DNA of 64,000 nt from an uncultured Bacilli bacterium (GCA_947624175.1 CANQJD010000002.1:1170-65169); one strand, 5' to 3'; positions 42,942 to 52,860 are shown, counted from the stretch's first letter. Notes: a model not told the origin generated them from the sequence alone. Numbers and translations are program-made.

Positions 42942-43754
42942 ATGGATAAATTTTTAGAAACTGTTAATTATTTAAAAGGTAAAGTTCAAGAAATGCCAAA
43001 GATTGCTATTATTTTAGGTTCAGGTCTTGGAAGTTTAGCTGATGAAATTGAAAATAAGACTATTATACCTTATAAAGATATTCCAAACTTTCCTATTTCA
43101 ACAGTTCCAGGTCATAAAGGAGAATTAATATTTGGTACTTTAAATAAGGTTCCAATTATTGCAATGAACGGGAGATTCCATTATTATGAAGGATATAGTT
43201 TATTTGAAACAACTTATCCAATTAGAATATTTAAACTACTTGGAGTTGAAACTTTAATTTTAACTAATGCGGCTGGTGGCATTAATTTAACTTATGAAAA
43301 AGGCGATTTAATGATTATTGAAGATCAATTAAGTTTCTTTGCTGAAAGTGTTTTAAGAGGTCCTAATTTGGATGAATTCGGTGAAAGATTTATTGATATG
43401 AGTAATGTTTATACCAAAGAATATATTGAAATCTTAAAACCAATTGTTAAAGAAATAACTGGTAAATGCAATATTGGTGTTTATGCCTATATGAAAGGTC
43501 CTACTTATGAAACTCCAGCTGAAATTAGGGCTCTAAGAGTTATGGGAGCTGATGCCGTTGGTATGAGTACGGTCCCTGAAGCTGTCGTTGCAAGACATTC
43601 TGGCCTTAAATGTGTTGGTATTACTTGTATAACTAATATGGCAGCTGGTATTTTCAATGAAACTTTATCACATGAAGATGTTAAAGAAACGGCTTTAAAA
43701 GTTGAAGCAAACTTTAAACAAGTAATTAAAGAGTTTATAACCAGAATAAATTAA
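42942..43754 (+). CDS. Purine nucleoside phosphorylase (PNP family 1, PunA-type)
   Basis: IAIILGSGLGSLADEI..., VPGHKGELIFG, GVDAVGMSTVPE motifs of trimeric PNP; 270 aa. Confidence 0.85.
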   Translation: MDKFLETVNYLKGKVQEMPKIAIILGSGLGSLADEIENKTIIPYKDIPNFPISTVPGHKGELIFGTLNKVPIIAMNGRFHYYEGYSLFETTYPIRIFKLLGVETLILTNAAGGINLTYEKGDLMIIEDQLSFFAESVLRGPNLDEFGERFIDMSNVYTKEYIEILKPIVKEITGKCNIGVYAYMKGPTYETPAEIRALRVMGADAVGMSTVPEAVVARHSGLKCVGITCITNMAAGIFNETLSHEDVKETALKVEANFKQVIKEFITRIN

Positions 43755-43786
43755 TTTGAAAACTTAATCTTTAATTATCAAAAAAA

Positions 43787-43811
43787 CTAAGATAGAAATT
43801 AACCATCTTAG
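43787..43811. terminator. Terminator hairpin H1 (copy A) after the PNP gene
   Basis: aaaaaaCTAAGATagaaattaaccATCTTAGttttatttttt: 7-bp stem with flanking A- and T-runs. Confidence 0.5.
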
Positions 43812-43823
43812 TTTTATTTTTTA

Positions 43824-43859
43824 TTGAAATTCACTGACACCTTTGACACTGAATTTCAA
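43824..43859. repeat. Palindromic repeat H2 (copy A)
   Basis: TTGAAATTCActgacacctttgacacTGAATTTCAA. A near-identical copy is at 45188..45223. Confidence 0.7.
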
Positions 43860-43931
43860 TGCATTTTTTTATGAAAATTATTTTTTTTATTAATTATATA
43901 ATATGAAATTATTTCTAATTCAACCATCGAT

Positions 43932-45173
43932 TTATAATTCTAAACTATTTTTATTTAATAAAAATTCTTTTATTCCTATAATTAAAATACCATCTTCATT
44001 ATGCCACAAATTTATATCATCTCTAACTATAATTATCTTTTTAAAATTATCCCCAATACAATTTAAAGAACGAGATTCTTGATAATTTTTTTCTGGTGTA
44101 TCTATGTTTAATGTTGATTGTATATAATATCTATTACTTGCCATATTACAAACAAAATCTATTTCATAATAAGTTCTACCATCACTATTTCTTACTTCAA
44201 CAACTCCTACATCAACACTATATCCTCTAATTAAAAGCTCATTATAAATTATATTTTCCATGATATGGTTTTCTTCTTGCTGTCTAAAATTTAATCTAAC
44301 ATTTCTAAGACCTAAATCAGTAAAATAATATTTAAAAGGAGTAGATATGTGTTTTCTACCTTTTACATCATATCTTTCAGCTTTTTTAATCAAAAAAGCA
44401 TTTTCCAAATATTCAATATAAGAAATAATTGTATTAAGTGAAATATCTTTACCACCAGTTGAAAGATAAGTTTTATAAATTTTCATAGGATTTGTTAAAG
44501 AACCAATAGATGATGCAAGAATATTTACAATTCCATCTAATACATCTTTTCTTTTAATATCATTTCTTTCAATAATATCTTTTAAATATGTCGTTTCAAA
44601 TAAATTTAGTAAATATTCTCTTTTTTGCTTTTCGTTATCTTGAAGTACAACCGGAGGGAGACCTCCATATAAAACATATTCTTTCCATGCCTTATCTTCA
44701 TCTATTTCTTTTATCTCTATAAATTCTTTAAATGATAATGGATAAACTTTTATTTCCGTACTTCTACCTCTAAATTCCGTTATTATATCAGTAGATAAAA
44801 ATTTTGAATTAGAACCAGTTACATAAACATCTAAATTGGGTTTCTTTAAAAAACTATTTAATACTTCTTCAAAATCTTTTACTAATTGAATTTCATCTAA
44901 AAGAACATAATACATTTTTTTATCTTCTACCCTATTCATCACATAATTAAATAGTTCCATTGGATCTTTATATTTTTTATTTTCTATTAAATCTAAATCT
45001 AACTTTATAATATGATCTTCACGAATACCATCAGAAATCAAATAATTTTTAAAAATTGGATCTAACAAATATGATTTTCCACTTCTTCTAATTCCTGTGA
45101 TAACTTTAATTAGTTTATTTTCACGAGCTGATATTAATTCATTTAAGTATTGTTCTCTTTTTATTTCTTTCAT
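43932..45173 (-). CDS. AAA-family ATPase with C-terminal DUF4143-like domain
   Basis: Walker A GIRRSGKSYLL, Walker B YVLLDEIQ. Start set at the second Met (MKEIKREQ) with AGGAGG RBS; the track ORF starts 15 nt upstream. Confidence 0.7.
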   Translation of the reverse strand: MKEIKREQYLNELISARENKLIKVITGIRRSGKSYLLDPIFKNYLISDGIREDHIIKLDLDLIENKKYKDPMELFNYVMNRVEDKKMYYVLLDEIQLVKDFEEVLNSFLKKPNLDVYVTGSNSKFLSTDIITEFRGRSTEIKVYPLSFKEFIEIKEIDEDKAWKEYVLYGGLPPVVLQDNEKQKREYLLNLFETTYLKDIIERNDIKRKDVLDGIVNILASSIGSLTNPMKIYKTYLSTGGKDISLNTIISYIEYLENAFLIKKAERYDVKGRKHISTPFKYYFTDLGLRNVRLNFRQQEENHIMENIIYNELLIRGYSVDVGVVEVRNSDGRTYYEIDFVCNMASNRYYIQSTLNIDTPEKNYQESRSLNCIGDNFKKIIIVRDDINLWHNEDGILIIGIKEFLLNKNSLEL

Positions 45174-45187
45174 AGCAATCCTCCTCA

Positions 45188-45223
45188 TTGAAATTCACTG
45201 ACACTTTTACCACTGATTTTCAA
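45188..45223. repeat. Palindromic repeat H2 (copy B)
   Basis: TTGAAATTCActgacacttttaccacTGATTTTCAA, directly abutting the ATPase RBS. About 85% identical to copy A over roughly 45 nt, same orientation. Confidence 0.7.
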
Positions 45224-45339
45224 TACAATTATACTACATAACGTTCCAAAAAACAATATTTCTATTAAATTTTATATACGACTATTTTTAAATTATTCAA
45301 TAATATTATACTATAATTTTTAGGTTTTAACAAAAAAAA

Positions 45340-45368
45340 CTAAGATATAAACTTAATAGCCATCTTAG
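45340..45368 (-). terminator. Terminator hairpin H1 (copy B) downstream of ppdK
   Basis: aaaaaaaaCTAAGATataaacttaatagccATCTTAGtttt; same 7-bp stem as copy A. Confidence 0.5.
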
Positions 45369-45383
45369 TTTTATTATATGTTA

Positions 45384-48017
45384 TTATTTTGCTTCTTTTT
45401 CTTTTAAAGCAGCTTGAGCAGCAGCAAGTCTTGCGATTGGTACTCTATAAGGTGAACATGATACATAAGTTAAACCAATGTTATGACAGAATTCAACCGT
45501 TGAAGGTTCTCCACCATGTTCTCCACAGATACCAAGTTTGATATTTGGACGAGTCTTACGACCTTTTTCAGATGCCATTTTTACAAGTTGTCCAACACCT
45601 TCTTGATCAAGTTTAGCAAATGGATCAAATTCATAAATCTTATTTTGATAATAACTATCTAAGAATTTACCAGCATCATCTCTTGAAAAACCAAAGGTCA
45701 TTTGAGTTAAATCATTCGTTCCAAATGAGAAGAATTCAGCTTCTTCAGCAATCTTATCAGCCATTAAAGCCGCTCTTGGAATTTCAATCATGGTACCAAT
45801 ATGATATTCCATATCAGAACCTTTTTCTTCCTTAACTTTTTCAGCTGTTTCAACAACGATATCTTTAACAAATTTTAATTCTTTAGCTTCTCCAACAAGT
45901 GGAATCATGATTTCAGGAGTTATCTTAAATCCTTCTTCTTCAGATACTTCAATAGCAGCTTCCATTAAAGCCCGAGTTTGCATTCTAGCAATTTCAGGAT
46001 AAGTAACTGCAAGTCTACATCCTCTATGACCCATCATTGGGTTAAATTCATGAAGTTCAGCACATTTTTCTTTTAAATGTTCAACTGATACACCCATATC
46101 TTTAGCAAGAGCTTTAATATCATCTTCTTCCGTAGGTAAGAATTCATGTAAAGGTGGGTCTAAATAACGAACTGTCATAGGTAGTCCATTTAAAGCCTTA
46201 TACATTGCTTTAAAGTCTCCCTTTTGGAATGGAATTAACTCATTTAAAGCTTCTTCTCTTGCTTCAGGAGTTTCAGATAAAATCATCTTTCTAATTTTTG
46301 GAATTCTATCTTCTTCAAAGAACATATGTTCTGTTCTACAAAGTCCGATTCCTTCGGCTCCAAGTTCAACAGCTTTTTTAGTATCTCTTGGATTATCAGC
46401 ATTCGTTCTAACTTGCAAACGTCTTGCTTCATCAGCCCATTCCATAATTCTTCCAAAGTTACCTGAAACAGATGCTTCAACCGTTTTAATATCTCCTTTA
46501 TAGATTTTTCCAGTTGTTCCATCTAATGAAATATAATCTCCTTCATGGAATGTTTCTCCACCTAAAGTAAATTCTTTTTTAGCTTCATTTATATGAATAT
46601 CTCCACATCCTGAAACACAGCAAGTTCCCATACCACGTGCAACAACAGCTGCATGAGAAGTCATTCCTCCACGAACAGTTAATACACCTTGGCTTGCAAC
46701 CATACCTTCAATATCTTCTGGAGTTGTTTCAAGACGAACAAGGATTACTCTTTCACCTTTTCCACCAACACCAGCTGCCTTAGCATCTTCAGCTGTAAAG
46801 TAAATTTTTCCAGCAGCTGCTCCAGGTGATGCAGGAAGTCCAGTTCCAACTACTTCTCCATTCTTTAAAGCTTCATTATCAAAAGTTGGATGTAATAATT
46901 GATCTAGACTCTTAGCTTCAATTCGAAGTAAAGCTTCTTCTTTCGTGATTTTTCCTTCATCTACTAAATCACAGGCAATTTTAATAGCAGCATGAGCTGT
47001 TCTTTTACCATTTCTCGTTTGTAAGAAATAAAGTTTTCCTTCTTGAATTGTAAACTCCATATCTTGCATATCTTTATAATGGTCTTCTAGCTTATTAGCA
47101 ATTTCAATAAAGTTTTGATAACATTCTGGTAAGTCTTCAGCAAGTTTTGTTATAGGTTGAGGAGTTCTAACTCCTGCAACAACATCCTCTCCTTGAGCAT
47201 TAATTAAGTATTCACCATAAATACCTTTTTCACCAGTTGATGGATTTCTTGTGAAAGCAACACCAGTACCTGATGTATCTCCCATATTTCCAAATACCAT
47301 TGATTGAACATTAACTGCTGTTCCCCAATCACCTGGAATATCATTCATTCTCCGGTAAACAATTGCTCTTGGATTATCCCATGAACGGAATACTGCTTTA
47401 ACAGCTCCCATTAATTGTTCTTTGGCATCTTGAGGGAATTCTTCTCCCATAGCATCTTTATAAACTTTCTTAAATCTTTTAACTAATTCTTTTAAATCCT
47501 CAACATCTAATTCAGTATCGTATTTAACACCTTTTTCATTTTTAACTTCATCAATTATCTTTTCAAAAGATGATTTTGGTACTTCCATAACAACATCTGA
47601 ATACATTTGAATAAATCTACGGTATGAATCATAAGCAAATCTTTCGTTATTAGTCTTTTTAGCAAAACCAACAACCGCTACATCATTTAAACCTAAGTTT
47701 AAAATTGTATCCATCATACCTGGCATAGAAGCTCTAGCACCACTTCTTACAGATACTAAAAGTGGATCTTCATTGTCTCCAAATTTCTTTCCTCGTTTTT
47801 CTTCAAGTTTTTTTAGGTAATCAAAAATTTGATCTTCAATTTCTTTACTAATTACCTTTCCATTTTCATAATAGTTTGTACATGCTTCAGTTGTAACTGT
47901 AAATCCTTCAGGAATTGGTAATCCTAAATTAGTCATTTCAGCTAAATTAGCACCTTTTCCACCTAAAAGATTCCGCATGTCTTTGTTTCCTTCTTCAAAG
48001 GCATACACATATTTCAT
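45384..48017 (-). CDS. ppdK: Pyruvate, phosphate dikinase
   Basis: 877 aa with PEP-utilising enzyme mobile-domain His (GGMTSHAAVVARG), N-terminal ATP-grasp and C-terminal PEP/pyruvate-binding TIM barrel. Confidence 0.95.
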   Translation of the reverse strand: MKYVYAFEEGNKDMRNLLGGKGANLAEMTNLGLPIPEGFTVTTEACTNYYENGKVISKEIEDQIFDYLKKLEEKRGKKFGDNEDPLLVSVRSGARASMPGMMDTILNLGLNDVAVVGFAKKTNNERFAYDSYRRFIQMYSDVVMEVPKSSFEKIIDEVKNEKGVKYDTELDVEDLKELVKRFKKVYKDAMGEEFPQDAKEQLMGAVKAVFRSWDNPRAIVYRRMNDIPGDWGTAVNVQSMVFGNMGDTSGTGVAFTRNPSTGEKGIYGEYLINAQGEDVVAGVRTPQPITKLAEDLPECYQNFIEIANKLEDHYKDMQDMEFTIQEGKLYFLQTRNGKRTAHAAIKIACDLVDEGKITKEEALLRIEAKSLDQLLHPTFDNEALKNGEVVGTGLPASPGAAAGKIYFTAEDAKAAGVGGKGERVILVRLETTPEDIEGMVASQGVLTVRGGMTSHAAVVARGMGTCCVSGCGDIHINEAKKEFTLGGETFHEGDYISLDGTTGKIYKGDIKTVEASVSGNFGRIMEWADEARRLQVRTNADNPRDTKKAVELGAEGIGLCRTEHMFFEEDRIPKIRKMILSETPEAREEALNELIPFQKGDFKAMYKALNGLPMTVRYLDPPLHEFLPTEEDDIKALAKDMGVSVEHLKEKCAELHEFNPMMGHRGCRLAVTYPEIARMQTRALMEAAIEVSEEEGFKITPEIMIPLVGEAKELKFVKDIVVETAEKVKEEKGSDMEYHIGTMIEIPRAALMADKIAEEAEFFSFGTNDLTQMTFGFSRDDAGKFLDSYYQNKIYEFDPFAKLDQEGVGQLVKMASEKGRKTRPNIKLGICGEHGGEPSTVEFCHNIGLTYVSCSPYRVPIARLAAAQAALKEKEAK

Positions 48018-48135
48018 ATAATCTCTATTCCTCCCAACTCATATATTATATTAAAAAAAAGTCATCGTTGCAACAACTTTTTTACTTACTTGACATTAAT
48101 AGACAAAAAAAGAAGTCCTAAGACCTCTAAATTTT

Positions 48136-48645
48136 CTATTCACCTGTATCCCAAAAATAATCGGCATATTTTTCACATTCACTTTTAGTAAGATTAACTT
48201 CATTACCATTTGCATCCCAGCATTTTCCTTTAACTGAACTATTATTTACACCATCAATTAAACTTCCACTAGTATTTCCTGACTTATCCCAACAAGCAAA
48301 GAAAGCTGTGAATGCTGTCGTTCCTTCATCAATTTTAACAATGCTATTAACAGTATTCATAATGATTTTTAAAAGTGGTACAATCAAGAAAATAATTAAT
48401 GCATAAATTAATCTTCTTATTGAATTCTTTTTAGCTTTACTAACTTCTTTTTCATCTCCATTAGTCATAGCTTTGAACATATCAATTGCACATAATATAA
48501 TAAGTACAGCAGGCACTCCAAATTGAATAATTGTAAATACAGCCTTAACAATTGATACAACAAGCATGATTAATGTATCCTCAGCACATAAATCATTAAT
48601 ATCTACTAAAGTTTGAACTAAATTCATTATAATTCCTCCCAACAC
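48136..48645 (-). CDS. Small two-TM membrane protein with conserved Cys motifs (paralog 1; 169 aa)
   Basis: Shares ...P.(V)LI.LC..D.FK... / K..V.........I...P (second helix) / CWD with the adjacent 109-aa ORF. Confidence 0.4.
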   Translation of the reverse strand: MLGGIIMNLVQTLVDINDLCAEDTLIMLVVSIVKAVFTIIQFGVPAVLIILCAIDMFKAMTNGDEKEVSKAKKNSIRRLIYALIIFLIVPLLKIIMNTVNSIVKIDEGTTAFTAFFACWDKSGNTSGSLIDGVNNSSVKGKCWDANGNEVNLTKSECEKYADYFWDTGE

Positions 48646-48704
48646 AAACTTCTATAACTTTATAATACTAAATTATTGAAAATAAATCAAGTCTTTTTCG
48701 TATT

Positions 48705-49034
48705 TTAGTTATTTTTTTTACTATTCTCGACATAATCCCAACATTCTTTCCACTCATCACTATAACCAAAAGGAATAATACTATTAGCAAGTCTAAAGAA
48801 CATTGGTATTAAAAATGGTAATAAATATATAATAATTGCATAAACAATTTTCATAACTACTTCTTTACGTAATTTCTTAATTTCATCTTCTTTTTTAGAT
48901 ACAATTATCTTAAATATATCAACTGTACATAAAACAATTAATAAAATTGGGATAATAAATCTAATTAAATCAAACAATGAAACAATTATACCAAAAAATA
49001 ATTGCATATCCGAATTACACATACTCCTCACCAC
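48705..49034 (-). CDS. Small two-TM membrane protein with conserved Cys motifs (paralog 2; 109 aa)
   Basis: FIIPILLIVLCTVDIFKII ... ECWDYV; paralog of 48136..48645. Confidence 0.4.
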   Translation of the reverse strand: MVRSMCNSDMQLFFGIIVSLFDLIRFIIPILLIVLCTVDIFKIIVSKKEDEIKKLRKEVVMKIVYAIIIYLLPFLIPMFFRLANSIIPFGYSDEWKECWDYVENSKKNN

Positions 49035-49083
49035 CTAGTTGCAAATTATAGCATATTTTATGCAAAAAATCAAGTAGTTTGTC

Positions 49084-49680
49084 TTAATTTGTCACGAAAT
49101 AGACTTCTTTATTCTTAAAGTATGCATAATTTATATTCTTAAGTTCTAAGTTCGCAGCATCTATTTTCTTATCTAACCATTCTAAACTTTTATTTAAACT
49201 AAATAAATTATCTTTAATTATTTTACCATCAATAATTATACTAATTGGATAATTACTAACACTATTCTTTTTAAAAATGATTAAATCATTTCCTTTTTTA
49301 ATACAATAATCAACTAAATTAGGATTTTTGATTCCTCTTTTTCTTAAATTATATAATAATCCTTCATAAGTATATCCTGATTCTATTAATTCCTTAAAAT
49401 TAATTATCCCTCTGTTTATAAATACTTTATCATCATTAACTTTTCTTACAATATCTTTTTTATATAAATAAATATATAAATAATAAACTAATATGACGAT
49501 TAAAGATAAAATAATTGTATAAAGAAGATTTAAACCACGATAAAGAGTAAAAAGAGATATATTAAATATAAATAATAAAGTAATTATTTCTAAAATTCCG
49601 ATTTCTTTTTTATTTAATACTGTATAAAAACTTAAGATAATAAATAAACTAATTAAAATTTGAATAATAAAAGAAAACAT
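49084..49680 (-). CDS. DUF421 (YetF-like) membrane protein
   Basis: Three N-terminal TMs and a C-terminal domain with ...YTYEGLLYNLRKRGIKNPNLVDYCI... resembling the YetF C-terminal domain. Confidence 0.5.
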   Translation of the reverse strand: MFSFIIQILISLFIILSFYTVLNKKEIGILEIITLLFIFNISLFTLYRGLNLLYTIILSLIVILVYYLYIYLYKKDIVRKVNDDKVFINRGIINFKELIESGYTYEGLLYNLRKRGIKNPNLVDYCIKKGNDLIIFKKNSVSNYPISIIIDGKIIKDNLFSLNKSLEWLDKKIDAANLELKNINYAYFKNKEVYFVTN

Positions 49681-49717
49681 AATATCACCATAGATATCAT
49701 GTTTTAAAAACTAATTT

Positions 49718-50203
49718 TTATTCACTTACTTCTAAATTTTTCTTAACTTTCTTATCTTCTTTTTTATCATTTAAGTAACCTTTAATCATTAACATAACAT
49801 TACTAAATGACAATAAGTAAAGCATTACTTTAAGAGGTGCAATTTGATCTGTAAAATAAGTAAAGTTAATATCATATTTATAACGATGCCACATAAGCAT
49901 ATTTTTATCAAGAATTGACCTATAACAGAAGACTGCAATTGTCATGATTACCATAAAAGATACTATATTATAGAATAAATTATTTCTTACTTCATCTTGC
50001 CTTAAGAAAGTATTAACTAGTAATAAGATTATTAATATTATATATGGTAAGATAACTCCTAAAAATTCAAAGAAATTAGCACCAAATGGTTCTTTTTCTA
50101 GTCTTTGAAACATCATCATAACAATATAAATAGTTGCAACTAACAAGAATGGTAATACTAAATTTTTAATATAATAAAACATTTTATTTAATATCTTTGT
50201 CAT
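49718..50203 (-). CDS. Hypothetical 4-TM membrane protein
   Basis: 161 aa, four predicted hydrophobic helices, Lys-rich tail. Overlaps the upstream gene by 1 nt. Confidence 0.4.
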   Translation of the reverse strand: MTKILNKMFYYIKNLVLPFLLVATIYIVMMMFQRLEKEPFGANFFEFLGVILPYIILIILLLVNTFLRQDEVRNNLFYNIVSFMVIMTIAVFCYRSILDKNMLMWHRYKYDINFTYFTDQIAPLKVMLYLLSFSNVMLMIKGYLNDKKEDKKVKKNLEVSE

Positions 50204-50871
50204 TAGTCATTACCTCCCCTGTTAATCATCTCTGATAAACCTAAGACGATATCAGCAAAATCATTATAAGATGAAGCAATAGCCTGATAATCAGAACTTA
50301 AATAGTCTCTAATTGTTGAAGAAGTAATCTTCGTGGTCATGAAATAACTACTATTATTTTGTAATTCATCAATTGCAAAATCAACATGGCTAGCAATTGA
50401 ATTAACACTACTTGTAACAAGAGGTGCTACATCTTCGAACTCTTTAGGTAATAATTCTGGATCGGTTAAATAACTTAATTGAACAGCCCAACAAATATTT
50501 AAAGCATTAGCTTGAAAACTTGTTCCTAAATTATAAACATCAAAAGAATTATATCTTTTATTAACTTCTATTTGAGATAACATTCCATCAGTATTTAAAA
50601 CCTGATTACAAGTTGTTAATTTATTATACATTGTTTTATAAGCTGAACTAGTACCAGTTTTCCTAGAAAAATCTGATAAGTTACTCTTTATTTTTCCAAG
50701 TTTTTCTCTATAAGCTGTATAATTAGTATCATTTTCAGAAATATATAAAACTTTAGAAACTTCACTACTATGATAAAAATTAATTAATAAATAGAAACTA
50801 CTAATTATCATAGCTAGTCCAAGTCCTGTATAAGCAAATATCTTTAAATACTCTTGAATAAATTTTTTCAT
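50203..50871 (-). CDS. Hypothetical signal-anchored protein
   Basis: 222 aa with an N-terminal hydrophobic segment. Abuts both flanking genes. Confidence 0.4.
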   Translation of the reverse strand: MKKFIQEYLKIFAYTGLGLAMIISSFYLLINFYHSSEVSKVLYISENDTNYTAYREKLGKIKSNLSDFSRKTGTSSAYKTMYNKLTTCNQVLNTDGMLSQIEVNKRYNSFDVYNLGTSFQANALNICWAVQLSYLTDPELLPKEFEDVAPLVTSSVNSIASHVDFAIDELQNNSSYFMTTKITSSTIRDYLSSDYQAIASSYNDFADIVLGLSEMINRGGND

Positions 50872-51426
50872 CTATTTCTCCTTATTCATAACTACTTTAT
50901 AATGATAATGTTTACCTTGCCAATCGGTAGTATCTGAGGCTATATAAATTCGAAGTTTATAAGTATTTGTTTTATTACCTCCAATACTTCTTGAATCTAA
51001 AATATTATCTTTTATATTTGATAATTTATCTTCTTTAATTACTTCATCATTCATGATTAATTGATATCTTAATTGACTTCTTTTTAATAAAGTTGCTTCT
51101 GTACAACCATCATTTATGGTATTAACAGGCACATCTTCTATATATAAAGTATAATTTCCTTTTTGTAAATTTGTATTTCGAACCTTGAAATTATAAGCGG
51201 CAACTTGTTCTAAGTTATCTCCTTCATGGTTATTAGCATCAGCATCTACAACATTATTCCCGTCATCCGTCATCACAATATCGCCACTTCGATTTGGGTC
51301 ATTCGTAGTACTACTTCCATAACTAGCACTGGCATTTAGGAAAAAGATATACCAAAAATAAGTCCCAAAGGTTAAAAATACAACTAATAATAATCCACCT
51401 ATAAATAGTAAAAATTTATTTTTCAT
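50872..51426 (-). CDS. Hypothetical secreted/signal-anchored protein (possible SipW substrate)
   Basis: MKNKFLLFIGGLLLVVFLTFGTYF signal-like N-terminus. Overlaps the sipW stop by 4 nt. Confidence 0.4.
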   Translation of the reverse strand: MKNKFLLFIGGLLLVVFLTFGTYFWYIFFLNASASYGSSTTNDPNRSGDIVMTDDGNNVVDADANNHEGDNLEQVAAYNFKVRNTNLQKGNYTLYIEDVPVNTINDGCTEATLLKRSQLRYQLIMNDEVIKEDKLSNIKDNILDSRSIGGNKTNTYKLRIYIASDTTDWQGKHYHYKVVMNKEK

Positions 51427-52034
51427 CTTACACCTCTTTTTAATCTTCTTTTTTGCTGCATAGTTTTAACAAGTTTTATTACATCAAAAGTTATAATTCC
51501 AACACAAGGAATAACAATTGCAATAATCCAACCATAAGCTTGGGATAAGAAATATTGAATATAACCTATCTTTGGTATTTTCATAATAACTTTTCCATAT
51601 ATTTGACTTAATTCAACTGGCATTTGATCAGCTACATTATTAGCATCTCCTTTAAAGATATATACTCTATTTCCATTTTCATCAACATCAATACCTATAA
51701 TTCTATGGGTTATTTTAATACCTAACCATCTTGGATCTTTCGATAAATAAGTACAAACATCTCCAATTTTAGGTTCATCAACTCTTTTTATAACAATAGC
51801 ATCTTGAACATGAATAATTGGTTCCATACTAGTACTTACTATAACATACGCTCCATATAAAGGAGGTTTCCAATTACCAGTATGAGAATTCTTTGTAACA
51901 TCTATATAATAGGCAGCAAATAATATACCTACTAATATTAAAACGACAATAACCGAGTTCATAAGAATAGATGATATAAAATTAAACCACCATTTAACTT
52001 TATCAAGAGTTGTATTTACTTGAGTACTTTTCAT
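51423..52034 (-). CDS. sipW: SipW-type (archaeal/ER-like) signal peptidase I
   Basis: N-terminal TM, VIVSTSMEP (Ser box), KRV...GD, THRIIGID and FKGDANN motifs typical of SipW-class S26B peptidases. Confidence 0.75.
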   Translation of the reverse strand: MKSTQVNTTLDKVKWWFNFISSILMNSVIVVLILVGILFAAYYIDVTKNSHTGNWKPPLYGAYVIVSTSMEPIIHVQDAIVIKRVDEPKIGDVCTYLSKDPRWLGIKITHRIIGIDVDENGNRVYIFKGDANNVADQMPVELSQIYGKVIMKIPKIGYIQYFLSQAYGWIIAIVIPCVGIITFDVIKLVKTMQQKRRLKRGVR

Positions 52035-52038
52035 ACTA

Positions 52039-52755
52039 TCACCTATCTACAAAGGCTGCATAAGTATTAACTTTAACTCCAAAGGTTTTGTTAGAAAAAC
52101 TTGCATCAGCAGAATTAACATCTTCAGATACCCACATCCGCATCACGAAATCAATTCTTCCTTTTTCTGCTTCTTCTTCACTTATCGTATCACTATAGAT
52201 GACAACCCCTTCAGCTTCATCATACTTACTCTTTTGATAATCAGTATATACTTTTACTTTACCATTATCTTTATATGAATAATCAACGCCTTTACCATTC
52301 TTTTCTAAATATATTTTAACATCCCCACTTGGTAAAGTATTGCCAGAATTAGGAACAGCTGTAAATTCATAATAAGCACCTGCTGTTTTATCACCAATTA
52401 TAAGTGAAAAAACAAATACTCTTCCTTCTCCTTCAAAACTCTTACCTTCAGCATCGGTTATTGGAAATTGATTAACTAAATAAATACCACTTGAATAAGG
52501 TCCTGTATTTTCTGTATAAGTAATAACATATTTTTCTTTATCATCATCTCCCGTTATCGTGGAAATTAATGAATTAATTGTTTCATTTTTATCTAAAAAG
52601 TTAATAGTTGAAAAAGATAATCCTAAAGCAAATAATACTCCAACCGTTGTAAACAAGAATAAAAGGAAAAATGGCATTCCATGTCTTCTTTCTTCTTCAT
52701 CTTCTTCTATATATTTATTATAATCTTCTTCGTAGTTATTATCTTTATCTTCCAT
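52039..52755 (-). CDS. Hypothetical exported protein with long acidic N-region (possible SipW substrate; TasA-like position)
   Basis: Acidic N-tail, TM/signal (MPFFLLFLFTTVGVLFALGLSFS), beta-rich extracytoplasmic domain; first gene of the sipW operon. Confidence 0.35.
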   Translation of the reverse strand: MEDKDNNYEEDYNKYIEEDEEERRHGMPFFLLFLFTTVGVLFALGLSFSTINFLDKNETINSLISTITGDDDKEKYVITYTENTGPYSSGIYLVNQFPITDAEGKSFEGEGRVFVFSLIIGDKTAGAYYEFTAVPNSGNTLPSGDVKIYLEKNGKGVDYSYKDNGKVKVYTDYQKSKYDEAEGVVIYSDTISEEEAEKGRIDFVMRMWVSEDVNSADASFSNKTFGVKVNTYAAFVDR

Positions 52756-52777
52756 AAATATACCTCCGTATAATAAA

Positions 52778-52806
52778 ATAATATCACAAAGATGTTAATT
52801 TGACAA
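52778..52806 (-). promoter_or_regulatory. Candidate sigma-A promoter of the sipW operon
   Basis: Minus strand TTGTCA - 17 nt - TATTAT, then GGAGG and the start at 52755. Confidence 0.45.
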
Positions 52807-52860
52807 TCTTAATTGTTATTTTTTTTAAATTATTTTCACTTATTTTGTAAACTAATAAAA

